A stretch of 63,933 bases of DNA, the filler included, from Barthelona sp. PAP020 (lineage: Eukaryota): the NCBI GenBank assembly GCA_040182905.1. It is 3 parts of 3 records of this genome, joined end to end, with 100 filler letters (N's around TTAATTAATTAA, not from the genome) between each part and the next. Parts side by side here need not be neighbours in the genome. Positions count along the whole stretch, not along the records: positions 1 to 22,907 come from JARQWU010000171.1; 2 more parts are not named here. One strand, written 5' to 3'. Position numbers and translations under genes: made by a program. Below, piece after piece: positions 1 through 10,610 of this stretch. How positions within the stretch are numbered: position 1 is the stretch's first letter; the number at the start of each line of letters is the position of its first letter. The notes beneath the pieces are model-generated. The model was given only the letters and a program-made list of their open reading frames with translations. It was not told the origin of the DNA and searched no databases.

Positions 1-189
1 TTTTTATGTTATTTAATATAAGAGGGAAAGAAAGATCACGCTGCTAACATCTCAACCACAACCCCCCACACCTAAGAGTTGGATATAAACTGTTCAGAAT
101 TTATTGTTGAAATTATTGTTGAAATTTGTCCAAAGTGAAATCTATTCTTGAAGACTCGATCCTCAAAACTAAAAATTTCATTCAAAATT

Positions 190-260
190 TGCGGTATCCG
201 GGAATCGAACCCGGTTCCCCAGCTTGGAAGGCTAGTATTCTACCAGTAGACCAATACCGC
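190..260 (-). tRNA. tRNA-Gly(TCC), intronless
   Basis: Reverse complement GCGGTATTGGTCTACTGGTAGAATACTAGCCTTCCAAGCTGGGGAACCGGGTTCGATTCCCGGATACCGCA: acceptor stem GCGGTAT/ATACCGC, anticodon loop CT-TCC-AA, T-loop GGTTCGATTCC. Confidence 0.96.
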
Positions 261-940
261 TGTTAAAAATATGAAATTTTAAAGAGCTTTGTTAACACAG
301 AAGGGTAAAATATTGCAAACATCTATTCTTTTCATATCAACAAATTAAAAATCAGAATTAAACATTTCCAATTGTTCACGAAACGGAAATTATTTGGTCC
401 AGACAGAAAACCATATCATTTATTCATAAAAAAGGAAGATTGGAAAAATTTATTTTTTTCAATTTTGATTAAAATATCAAAAGAAAAATTAAAGGACTGC
501 AATTAATAAAGAAATTATATTTATTTACAAAGAAAGAAAATTCAGAAAATTTCTTCTGACACATTTCAGTTAAAATCTCAAAGGGAGAATTGAGGGACTG
601 AAACTTAATTTGAACGATCAAGTAAAAGAATTCCCCCGAAATTCTCAAAACATGTAACCACACAAACCCACCTTTCCAATCATCAGTATCACTCTCTTCA
701 CTTCTTCAATGAGAGCCTCTGAAGTTGGTTTGTGTACATACCTTCAATTGAAATGAATAAAAGCGACATCATTTATAATTGATATTTTTTGTTTCTGTTG
801 ATGAGACGCCAACAAATGGTTTCACAACAATAAACAATGATGAAAGTGGGTTGGTTATGATAAAAAGTTGAGAATTTTAAAATTGATAATTTTGTGACTT
901 TTGTAGCAAAAACATTACTGTGTCTGACTTTCATAAACCT

Positions 941-3900
941 TTAATTTTCAAAAATTGAAACCTCGCCGAGATCCGAATATAACTTGATAATTAAGTTACA
1001 TTTTTGCAAAGATTGTACAAAAGGTACTATTGAAAAGATAACATTATCCTCTACATTAATTGAAACATCAAACGACAATAATCTTTCCTGTGAATAGAGA
1101 GGGTCAATTGCATGAACAAATTCAAAATTGTTTTGAGTTTGCTCATCTACAGTTTTACCATTTTCACAAGTTGCTTCAATGGACTGACTAATGAAACATA
1201 TGACCAAAGGCTGAATATCATTGTTGTTTCCATGTGTTTGTTGAATGATATCTACCCACAAATTTAAACTTTGGAAACTAAAATCATTGTCAACAAACAC
1301 GATTTTAGATAGATCAAGTGTTAAACGTGGTGCTTTGATGAAATTGAACACGTTGTTTTCATCAAATCTTTGAATTTGTGAATCTTTAATTGTGAATTGA
1401 AATGCCCAATTGAATAACATGCTACTGATTAAAATTCTTCCGACAAATAATGAATTCTCCAATAATTCATCAAAAGGTAACCACAAGCCATTCTTGCCAT
1501 CAAAAACAAGAGTTGAATTTTTATCTTGACTGAGGTAATTTGTATCAATCAAATGCTGTGAATATACTCTCGTTGACACAGGCTCAATATAAATCAGTTT
1601 AATTTTGCTAGTATTTAAAAAATCTTCAGAACAGTCTTTAATAACGAAGATTCCATCTAAGTTATTTCTTCCGCGAATTACCAATTTATAATACTGAACA
1701 TTTGATCTGATGATTGAGATAATATCTCGAAACAACAAGTCCGTATGATGTATACTTCTTATCAAACTTTTGGAGAAATATCTCACAATCTTGGTGCCAA
1801 AAAGAATCCTTAATCCTATGCCAATAGTCAATTTTGTTTTGAAATTTTGATACCCGCCCAAAACTTTTGCGCAAAGTTTTTCTAACAAAGGATAAAGAAA
1901 GAACTGTGGGTTTTTCATCTTTGTGTAATATAAAGATTTGTCTCTATCATTGTAGAGGAAATTCAAATCTAATAACGTATATTCTTCTTGTGTATCACTG
2001 TAATATTTAACCAAAAAAATACCATGTTCTAAATTTTCTCTAAAAATCGAGGTCTCCAGCAAATTCAAAAATCCCAAGCCTCTAGCAGTTTCTATCATAT
2101 TGAAAAATTCCGAATTATCAAAACCAAAAGAAAATTGATCATTTAAATTTCCTTTGAAAATTAGGTGATTATGTACTTCTGCATAATTCTTTATTTTCAA
2201 ATTATATTCTTCAGCAGATTTATGTAAATCAGCGTTTATTTGCGAAAAAGTCGAAAAATAAGAATCTTTAAACATTCGTTCATCTCGATGACTCTCTTTC
2301 AAATAATGCATGTACTTCAAATTCATTCTTTTAAATTTCATACGATTTATCGGTTGTATCTCATAATCAGGCAAAATCAAAACCTCTTCTTTTAATGAAA
2401 CAATCTTTGCTTTGATTTTTTCCAAAATATCAGCAACCTTCTCAAAATCATCTCTAACTATGTTTTCAAACCATTCAATCAATTGGTCAATTTCTCTTTC
2501 AAGTTCGAAAATTTGGTTTAAATAGTCATCAAACTCATTGGTAACTTTTAAAGCTAAAAGATCTTTAACAAGCTTAATATCATTGTTTGCACTATAAAAT
2601 TTGGCTTTTAAATTTCCAGATTGCTTCTTGATTTGTTGTCTGGTCGCATAATTAGTCTCTAATTGCATCCTTTTCAAATCATCAGTTTCCTTTTCATCAT
2701 CAACTGAGATGTTCAATTCACTATCATCAATTACATACCTTTGTTGTTTTTGTAAGGACGATGGTGAATGTTGTTGAGATGACAAATGACTTATGATTCC
2801 GTAATCATCGAAAAAATTGTCAGAAATATTGTTAGTTTGATATTGATTTGTGTGTTGACTCTGATTCTTCTTTAAATGGGTTTCCGTTTTATCTCGATTC
2901 AAACTATGAGGGACAACATTCATATTCTGTCTAAAATGTCGCATTGTCTGCTTACGAACCAAAAACTCATCATCTGTTTCAAATTTTTCATTTTTTGCCA
3001 TGGATTCATTCATATTACACTGTAATTCACTCAAAGTATCATTGGAAAGTTGAATTTCTAATTCACTAGTTGCCATTGTAAATTGTTCATCATCCGAACT
3101 AAGTGCACAAACAATTTCCACAAATTCTTTCGAATCATTGGAAGTGGAGTTAAGATTGGGAAAAATCTTTTGATGATTCATTTCAAGTAAATCTTGATAA
3201 TTATTCGATAAATCTGGATAAGAAGATAAACTTGACATTTCTTCAGTTAAAGCAGAAACTTGTTCATCAAAATAGTCTTCTTCTGCACAATAATTAGGAT
3301 GAGAAAGGAATTCTTCGAAATTCTTCCTTAATAATATTGCATATTCTTCATTATTCAAGATCAAATCTGATGAGAAATAAGGATATTTCAAATTTTTCCA
3401 TTTATTGATTGATAATTTTTTGCTAGCAATATCCGTTTCAGCAACATTTAAAAAATTCAAAAAAAAGTGTGCTAAAAATCGTTCTCTTCGATTGAAAGAT
3501 TCAATTAAAATTCTTTCTTTTTTTGCTAAAATCTTTTCCAAATATGCAAGATTTAAATTTGTTTTATTCTCTAATTGAATAAAATTCAGGTCTTGTTGGG
3601 TGAAATTCTTACCTTTTTTAAAGTTTTGAATCATGTGTTGAATTCGAACAATATCATTATTAGCACTAATCACAGCATTTACTAATTTAAGTATTGTGAC
3701 TTCTTTAGACATAACAAATGATGAAGCAGAAGCTGCCATGACTGATAATGATGTCAATGACGATGAATTTGAAGAAATTATTGAATTAAGAGAAGAAGAA
3801 GAAGAAGAAGTAGAGTTATTATTCAAATTAAGTTTAGCATTAGGATGATTAGAAGCTTGAGAATTATCAATAGACATTGAAACAGGAGGAAATAGTGCAG

Positions 3901-6900
3901 AAACATTTTGATTGACATTATTAGAATTGAGTAAAGAACTTATTGTTTTAGAACTATTACGATTATTTGCTAATAATACTGTTGTATCATCAGTTAATTC
4001 TTTGATTAAATTTTGATTGAAAATGAAGAATTTTTCAACAAATTGATTCTCCATATATTCATCAGCAAAAGAAAAAATAAATGCAATTCCAAATAGTGAA
4101 AAACACATGGATAAGGAAGTAAAAGCTGTTGGCATCCCTAAAAAAGATTCAACAGCCATAATTAAATTGGTAAACAAACCTATCCAAATCATTTGACAAG
4201 GAAATTTTTTTAAAATGATCTGATTAGCATTAGCATTATAATAATATAATGCTGAAAATTTTGGAAAAAAATACATTCTGTTAAAATTGAAAAATTGTTT
4301 AAATAAACCATTTCTACTTCCAAAATTTTCATAAAAATTGGAATTTTTGTTTATATTATCCCCAATATTATTACCAACATTATTACCATTATTAATTTCA
4401 GGTTTTCTTCGATTTGAACGTTGTATATTAAAAGCTTGAGGAAATATAGTTTGATTATGTTTATTGTTGTTAGAAGAAGAAGAAGATGATGAAACATTAG
4501 ATGTTTTCAAATATTTGGAATTATTTATAGAAGATAAATAACATTGATTGGTAGAATGAGTGTTAGTTGATTCATAAATATAAACAAATAAAATAGTTAA
4601 AAACATCAATAAAAGAAATATGTGCATAATTGCTTCAAAAAATAAAATTGCTTCAAATTCTGTATTTTTCGTAATGTATTGAAAAGTAAACAATATGAAT
4701 ATATTGCTTGCATAAAAAATAAACACTAAGATTGATACACAACGTGGAATTGAAAAATTTCGAAAATTTTTGAATCTTACAAAACCTAAGGTTACAAAAG
4801 GTACAACAGAAATTATACTTGAGAAAAAAAACAAAGGAAAATTAATTTGATGAAAGAAAACATTCAAAAAATTATAAATTAAGAAAATGTTTCCAAAAAT
4901 AAACACAAATAAAAAGATAACTATCAATTTGACATAATTATGTTGAAAAAAAATCTTTTGAAACAAAAACATTTCAATGATCACTAATAAAATGAAAAAT
5001 ATTGAAGTATCTATGTAATTATAACTGTAATAAACGAATTTTGATTTTTGCAAAAAAAACAATATAAAAGTAACCATATAACTCATTAATATCACCAAAA
5101 AAACTTTAAATATTTGAAAACCATTATTATCATTTTTGATATTTGAAAAATTCAAAAGTTTTGAATGAAAACAAAAAATTAAAAAAAAAATCGGATAAAT
5201 TAATGAAATAACAATGAAATAACTTAAATAAGGTGTATAAAAACTCATATAAATGTTTAAACAATAACAAACGGAACCAACTTGTTTGAAAAATTTAAAT
5301 AATTTATCAAAAAAATTAAATAAAAATTTCAAATCTTTCATAATATTCAAAACTAAAAAATTCCAATTCCATTGATGTTTAATTAAATAAGAATAATGAT
5401 AACTTAAAAAAGTAGTAGAAAGAAAGATTGAAAATATACAAATAAAAGAAACTTGATAATATTCGTTAAAATATCCAGAAAATCCAAAAAACATAAAAAT
5501 ACCAATTAAAATGAACCAAACTTTCAAAGGTTTACTCAAATCATTAGGAATCTTAAAATTTGATAAATCTTTCAAACTATTTTGTATAATCAATCCAATG
5601 AAATTTTCACCATTTTCACTTTGTTTTATTAACTCTTCAATCTGTTGTTTACTATAATTTTCGTATACCTTACAAATACAATCAAAATGATGTTTTCGAA
5701 AAGCAAATATATTATCAAACAAAACTTTAGTTAATAGTATCCAAAACACTATGATTCCAATATAATAAAACATGTCAAAAAAACAATCTTTTGTCAGACT
5801 AAACACTGCAAACTTTTCAATCTTTATCAAAAGAATGGTGAAAAGAATATAGAAATTTAAAAAGATAGGATGATTTAAATACCGATTATTTATTATAGCA
5901 GCACGATATGTATCTGCTTTTTCAATTTCAGTGACATTTTCAAATAGAAAATCAAATTCAATACTTTCTTTCTTTTTAGTTTTATCCATATGTAATATCA
6001 ACATAATTATCGAATAACACGTAAATAAACTGATTTCTGCTGAATTACTTATATTATAATTACATAAAATACAAAATAAAAATAAACAAAAAGTTGGAAT
6101 AAACATCAAAAATCTAAAACTGTTTAACTTCTGTTTAAAAGGACATATGAACAACAATAAAAAAGAAAAAATCAAAAGCATTATCGTTTCAAAAAAATGT
6201 GAAACAAGATCACGCTTAAAATCATGTAACCATAAAGCAAAAAATTCAATTATACATGCCAAAATAAAAAAAATAAAACTACGAAATGCTGAGCCCTTTA
6301 ACTTCTTGAAATTACCTTTCACATAAATACTTTTTTTCTTCTTATAAGCATAATCCAATAGACTTAAGACATTGATTGTTGGTAAAACTTTTAAATTTAA
6401 AGTGTCAAAATGAAAGAAAAATAAAAAAGGAAAAAACAATCCAAATATAGCACTATGCTCTTGATATCGTATTGTAAACCCAATAAAATATACACTAAGA
6501 ATAAAAATTAACAAAATTAACAAGTACATTGCATTAAAACTTGACGAATTTTGCTTGAATTTATTGATATGTTTTAACGTTAAAAAAGCTAATAATTTCA
6601 TCGATAAATCAAAAATAAATAAAATATATAACGAATAATTAAAATTAATCCAACCAAGAACTGAATGTTCAATAATAAAAGAGAAATATTGAAAAGAAAT
6701 TATCTCAGAAATAATAAAAATTATCAAAAGTAACAATTTCTTTCGATTAAATTCTTTATCAATCAGTTTACAATTAATTTTACAATATATAATAAAACAA
6801 AAAAGTAAAGGTATCGAATTTAGCAATGAATACAATTTTATCATATTGTATCCAGAATTAAAATCAACATGTATATCCATCGAAAATAAACATATATCCA

Positions 6901-6994
6901 TACAACATGTATGAAAAAATTCTCCAAAAAAAAAAAATCTATATGAAATCCATCTTGTTTCAATCAAATATATTTGTCCAAAGAATATAAACAT
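941..6994 (-). CDS. Large multipass membrane calpain-like protein (DEK1/TML-calpain-like architecture), probably catalytically inactive
   Basis: 2017-aa ORF. First ~980 aa carry many hydrophobic segments, then an N/S-rich and coiled-coil linker, then a degenerate CysPc domain (GIFLVKYY...LLDLNF...PLLEKLCAKVLGGYQNF; GLWLPFDEL) and a calpain_III-like end (PRLTLDL...FSIVPF). The true start may be a downstream Met. Confidence 0.7.
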   Translation of the reverse strand: MFIFFGQIYLIETRWISYRFFFFGEFFHTCCMDICLFSMDIHVDFNSGYNMIKLYSLLNSIPLLFCFIIYCKINCKLIDKEFNRKKLLLLIIFIISEIISFQYFSFIIEHSVLGWINFNYSLYILFIFDLSMKLLAFLTLKHINKFKQNSSSFNAMYLLILLIFILSVYFIGFTIRYQEHSAIFGLFFPFLFFFHFDTLNLKVLPTINVLSLLDYAYKKKKSIYVKGNFKKLKGSAFRSFIFFILACIIEFFALWLHDFKRDLVSHFFETIMLLIFSFLLLFICPFKQKLNSFRFLMFIPTFCLFLFCILCNYNISNSAEISLFTCYSIIMLILHMDKTKKKESIEFDFLFENVTEIEKADTYRAAIINNRYLNHPIFLNFYILFTILLIKIEKFAVFSLTKDCFFDMFYYIGIIVFWILLTKVLFDNIFAFRKHHFDCICKVYENYSKQQIEELIKQSENGENFIGLIIQNSLKDLSNFKIPNDLSKPLKVWFILIGIFMFFGFSGYFNEYYQVSFICIFSIFLSTTFLSYHYSYLIKHQWNWNFLVLNIMKDLKFLFNFFDKLFKFFKQVGSVCYCLNIYMSFYTPYLSYFIVISLIYPIFFLIFCFHSKLLNFSNIKNDNNGFQIFKVFLVILMSYMVTFILFFLQKSKFVYYSYNYIDTSIFFILLVIIEMFLFQKIFFQHNYVKLIVIFLFVFIFGNIFLIYNFLNVFFHQINFPLFFFSSIISVVPFVTLGFVRFKNFRNFSIPRCVSILVFIFYASNIFILFTFQYITKNTEFEAILFFEAIMHIFLLLMFLTILFVYIYESTNTHSTNQCYLSSINNSKYLKTSNVSSSSSSSNNNKHNQTIFPQAFNIQRSNRRKPEINNGNNVGNNIGDNINKNSNFYENFGSRNGLFKQFFNFNRMYFFPKFSALYYYNANANQIILKKFPCQMIWIGLFTNLIMAVESFLGMPTAFTSLSMCFSLFGIAFIFSFADEYMENQFVEKFFIFNQNLIKELTDDTTVLLANNRNSSKTISSLLNSNNVNQNVSALFPPVSMSIDNSQASNHPNAKLNLNNNSTSSSSSSLNSIISSNSSSLTSLSVMAASASSFVMSKEVTILKLVNAVISANNDIVRIQHMIQNFKKGKNFTQQDLNFIQLENKTNLNLAYLEKILAKKERILIESFNRRERFLAHFFLNFLNVAETDIASKKLSINKWKNLKYPYFSSDLILNNEEYAILLRKNFEEFLSHPNYCAEEDYFDEQVSALTEEMSSLSSYPDLSNNYQDLLEMNHQKIFPNLNSTSNDSKEFVEIVCALSSDDEQFTMATSELEIQLSNDTLSELQCNMNESMAKNEKFETDDEFLVRKQTMRHFRQNMNVVPHSLNRDKTETHLKKNQSQHTNQYQTNNISDNFFDDYGIISHLSSQQHSPSSLQKQQRYVIDDSELNISVDDEKETDDLKRMQLETNYATRQQIKKQSGNLKAKFYSANNDIKLVKDLLALKVTNEFDDYLNQIFELEREIDQLIEWFENIVRDDFEKVADILEKIKAKIVSLKEEVLILPDYEIQPINRMKFKRMNLKYMHYLKESHRDERMFKDSYFSTFSQINADLHKSAEEYNLKIKNYAEVHNHLIFKGNLNDQFSFGFDNSEFFNMIETARGLGFLNLLETSIFRENLEHGIFLVKYYSDTQEEYTLLDLNFLYNDRDKSLYYTKMKNPQFFLYPLLEKLCAKVLGGYQNFKTKLTIGIGLRILFGTKIVRYFSKSLIRSIHHTDLLFRDIISIIRSNVQYYKLVIRGRNNLDGIFVIKDCSEDFLNTSKIKLIYIEPVSTRVYSQHLIDTNYLSQDKNSTLVFDGKNGLWLPFDELLENSLFVGRILISSMLFNWAFQFTIKDSQIQRFDENNVFNFIKAPRLTLDLSKIVFVDNDFSFQSLNLWVDIIQQTHGNNNDIQPLVICFISQSIEATCENGKTVDEQTQNNFEFVHAIDPLYSQERLLSFDVSINVEDNVIFSIVPFVQSLQKCNLIIKLYSDLGEVSIFEN

Positions 6995-7169
6995 ATCAAA
7001 TAATTTACATTATACATTGTTAGTTAATATAATATACACATTTTCTTACAAATATTTCTTATTAAAAATACAAAAAATCGGATTCAACACAAACATCAAA
7101 GATGTACAACAAAAAATTCACATAGTTTATTTAAATTTCGTCATTTGATTAAATATCAAACAATATGGG

Positions 7170-10121
7170 TTAAAAAATGTCAGCCGATTGTTTTTTCCCC
7201 AATTTTCTACCTTTCGAAAGTTTATCCCATTTTTCTTTTGTCATTTTTAAAACAGTTTCAAATTGTTGATCAGAAAGAAAAGTTTCATTAATGGTGGGAA
7301 GATATTCAGGAGCAAAAGGAATATTCAGTTGATTTTCAGGTATTCTATACTTCGAAGTTAATGTACGTATAAAGCGTTCACGATGTCTATTTGAAGCTTC
7401 AAGATCGACAGCTGAATCTGAATTTTGTGAATCATTGGATGATGATGATTCTTTGGTTGGGAGTTCAGAAACTACAGGAGTGTTTTCAATCAAAATTGTC
7501 TTAGCTTGATTATATTCATTTAATTTCATTTGACGATAGCTTTCAGCTTTTTGTTCATTAATAAGACGTTGTTTTATCAATCTTTTTTGTTTTTCTTGTT
7601 CAATCCTATCCAATTCTTCTTGTTTCAAACGCTCCTCTTCCTTTCTCTTTTTTGCTTCTTCTTCTTCTTTTCTTTTAAGTTCTTTTTCCGCCAATTCTCT
7701 TTCAGCAATTTGAGCCAACAATTCTTCATTTGTCTTCTGTTGCATTTCCAATTGTTTGCCTGTTGAAGCATTTCCATATTTTCTTTTTCCAGTGTGACGA
7801 CGTGTGACACGTCTTGTTACAACGGTTTTTTCCACAGAATCATCAACACTTTCAACTTCAGGCTCATCGACTTCTATTTCAGCACGTGGTAATGTCACAT
7901 TCAAGCAAGTATCCAATTCATTTGAACTATAGATGGTTAACTTAAAAGAACCTTCAATGTTTGCATCAAATAAACAAGGGTAGAGAAAAAATCTGCCATA
8001 TCTTGGAATTGAAATTTCAAGATCAACATTATTGCCATGGATGAACTGTCCTTTAACCAACATCTGTTTTTGATGCAATGCTCCATCATATTTCTTTTGT
8101 TGTTGTTTAAATGTGTACATACCTAATGCAGTAGTATCAGCATCTTGTTCCAGTCTGAAAATTACTTCGGTTTCTGGTTTCCCTTCAATTAAATAACAAG
8201 GATTTAAAAACCACTCTTCCTTACTTATACACCCTGCTGCAGTATCACCCTTCCATTGTCCTTCAATTACTTTAACTTTCCAATCCATTTCATGAGTTAT
8301 CTTTTCAAAAAGAATAGAATTACACAATGGATGTTCAATAGTTACCCAAAAGGGTGATTCTACATCTTTTTCCAAAGTACAAGGCACAAATCCATAAGTT
8401 CCCACATTCAATTCAGCTTCAAAATGGTTAACCTTTCCATTACTGAAAGTTACTGGATGTACCAAAGCATTTGAGGCTGGGGGAGATAACAAACGTTTTT
8501 TATGATTCTTAGAAGCAAGATAAGAGGCGATGTAAGGTCTCTTTTGACGACGAGCTCCTTTCACCACTTCGGCTTCAGGATCAACTGTCGTCAATGAAAT
8601 GCTGACTTTTTGTTTCTTTTTAACAATCAAATTATACTGAGGATTATTAACCCACGTTATTTGCTTGCCGGAACCACCAGCAGATTCACCAATCCATTCA
8701 TCCTGAATCACTTGGTTCTCCCAATCACCAAATTCTGTCACTTCAAGATTTACACCTTTCTTCACAGCAACAACTAAAGTATAGTCAAAATGAACTTTTG
8801 GGTCAAAAGTGCAAGGGAGCAAAACTAATCTAGTTGCTTCCGTAGAATCAACATTTGGCGATAATTTAGCTGTTAACGAAACAATTGGTGATTTTTCGAA
8901 TTGGCTCTTTGCAAAAATATCACTATGTGTTCCATCACTGATTTTGCGTTCTCCTTGATCAGCCTCAAATATATAAAGACCCATCGGTTCGAATTTGCCA
9001 CAGTGTGCTAAATCGACTTCTTTAGTGGTCGAATTTGTCATCCAAATTAAAACGTCATCCTCAGATTGAATATCCAAAAGGTATTGAGGGTTTTCAAAAC
9101 AGGTACGATGATTAACACAACCTCCATCAAAACCTGGTGAAAAAGAACCATCAAAAACCTGTGCTTCATACTTATCTGAATCGAAAACATTCACACCATA
9201 CCAAATTGTCGTAAAAATATCAGTAAACTCAGAAATTTCCATTATTACAATACCTTCATCATTCTCAGTGTTAAAAATATTGGTAGGATATTTAACTTTT
9301 AACCAAGGATCATATAATTGGACTAGGTGATGACCATCTCTTTCAAACACAGATACAACAGAGTAAGCACGTTTTTGCAGAATATGTTTGTAACTGGAAA
9401 CATAACTAGATTCGTATTCAACAACGTCTGAAGGTTTTTCAGAAACACAACCAACTGGCATCCCATCTTTTAAAGCATTGAAAAAATGCTCCCATAATGT
9501 TAAGTCGTCGGGAGGACTTTCATTCTTTCTGGAATCTAAGTATTCTTTTTGATAGTAGAATCCTGTTAATAATGTCAAGAAAGAACAGACATCACCATCA
9601 ATAAGTTTATCATATCCACCACAGTATTTAGCTACAGCTTTTTCCAATAAAGGTAGCCACATTTCATCATTAGACTGTGATTTTGAGTAGACAGGACCGG
9701 ATTTAACATAACAAGGAACCCAATCATCAATTAAAACATAAAAAGGAGAACATTGTCTGTCAAAAAATTTCAAAACATAACCACCAATTTCGGCAAAATC
9801 ATCAAAAGACTCAAAAATACTGGATATCATATCAACATGTGGTGTAATAGTTGCTATTGCATCTAAAAACCAATCATCTCTCAAATTACCCCATTTTACC
9901 GTGATGGATAAGTCAGGATCAAAAAGAATGGCTCCTTCATCACTTTCGTATTCAGTAGGACGTTTCCATTGCATTTTAGAATAATTATTGGCCTTTTCAG
10001 GATGATCTTCAACATCATGCCAAAGAGATTTTTCATTTGGCAAGAAAGTATCATCTTCAAATTCTTTTTCTTCTTCTAAACATGCTTCTAAGATGGAAAT
10101 AAGCTCATTGGGATCTTCCAT
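7170..10121 (-). CDS. Calpain-like protein: inactive CysPc + three calpain_III (C2-like) domains + coiled coil + C-terminal villin headpiece
   Basis: FEDDTFLP, WKRP, VLIDDWVP and EMWLPLLEKAVAKYCGGYDKLIDG are calpain motifs. Three domain-III repeats (GGC..NPQY..PCTF; AGG..NNPQY..PCTL; AAGC..NPCY..PCLF). The C-terminus ETFLSDQQFETVLKMTKEKWDKL..KKQSADIF follows the headpiece pattern. Confidence 0.85.
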   Translation of the reverse strand: MEDPNELISILEACLEEEKEFEDDTFLPNEKSLWHDVEDHPEKANNYSKMQWKRPTEYESDEGAILFDPDLSITVKWGNLRDDWFLDAIATITPHVDMISSIFESFDDFAEIGGYVLKFFDRQCSPFYVLIDDWVPCYVKSGPVYSKSQSNDEMWLPLLEKAVAKYCGGYDKLIDGDVCSFLTLLTGFYYQKEYLDSRKNESPPDDLTLWEHFFNALKDGMPVGCVSEKPSDVVEYESSYVSSYKHILQKRAYSVVSVFERDGHHLVQLYDPWLKVKYPTNIFNTENDEGIVIMEISEFTDIFTTIWYGVNVFDSDKYEAQVFDGSFSPGFDGGCVNHRTCFENPQYLLDIQSEDDVLIWMTNSTTKEVDLAHCGKFEPMGLYIFEADQGERKISDGTHSDIFAKSQFEKSPIVSLTAKLSPNVDSTEATRLVLLPCTFDPKVHFDYTLVVAVKKGVNLEVTEFGDWENQVIQDEWIGESAGGSGKQITWVNNPQYNLIVKKKQKVSISLTTVDPEAEVVKGARRQKRPYIASYLASKNHKKRLLSPPASNALVHPVTFSNGKVNHFEAELNVGTYGFVPCTLEKDVESPFWVTIEHPLCNSILFEKITHEMDWKVKVIEGQWKGDTAAGCISKEEWFLNPCYLIEGKPETEVIFRLEQDADTTALGMYTFKQQQKKYDGALHQKQMLVKGQFIHGNNVDLEISIPRYGRFFLYPCLFDANIEGSFKLTIYSSNELDTCLNVTLPRAEIEVDEPEVESVDDSVEKTVVTRRVTRRHTGKRKYGNASTGKQLEMQQKTNEELLAQIAERELAEKELKRKEEEEAKKRKEEERLKQEELDRIEQEKQKRLIKQRLINEQKAESYRQMKLNEYNQAKTILIENTPVVSELPTKESSSSNDSQNSDSAVDLEASNRHRERFIRTLTSKYRIPENQLNIPFAPEYLPTINETFLSDQQFETVLKMTKEKWDKLSKGRKLGKKQSADIF

Positions 10122-10610
10122 TTGCCTTCAAAAAATCAATTTCAAATTATTGAAAAATTTTAAGTGTGTAAGAAAGCAAATAAAATCTCCAAGCCCAAAA
10201 TCAAATATGGACAAATAAATCAAACAAAAGAGTATTTATATTGATAATCTAAGTTTCTAAACAAAATTTGGAAAAAATTTTCAAACTTAAACTAACACAA
10301 TGTCGATTGCATAATTTTAGTATTAACAAACCAATAAACAATAATTTTGAAAGGAAAATTGAAAAGTAAACCTTTTCAAAAATGCAAAAATCTGATAGTT
10401 CTCATAAAATTGATTTTATTTTATTTATCCAAATATTTATTTCAACAAAAACATCTAAAAACGGTGATAGATGTTGTGATAACATTGAATGATGGAATCA
10501 TGGTTTTGATTGAAGTTAGAAAAAAAAACATCTAAAAAAAGAAAAATTTATGTTTGTAAAAACTAGAATATTTTAAATACACATAAAATACTGCATTAGA
10601 AAGAGAGAGA

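Noticed and set aside
540..900. Possible structured ncRNA upstream of the tRNA (GAGAATT...AATTCTC pairing)
   Set aside because: Short stems only; no snRNA or snoRNA motif set I could verify.
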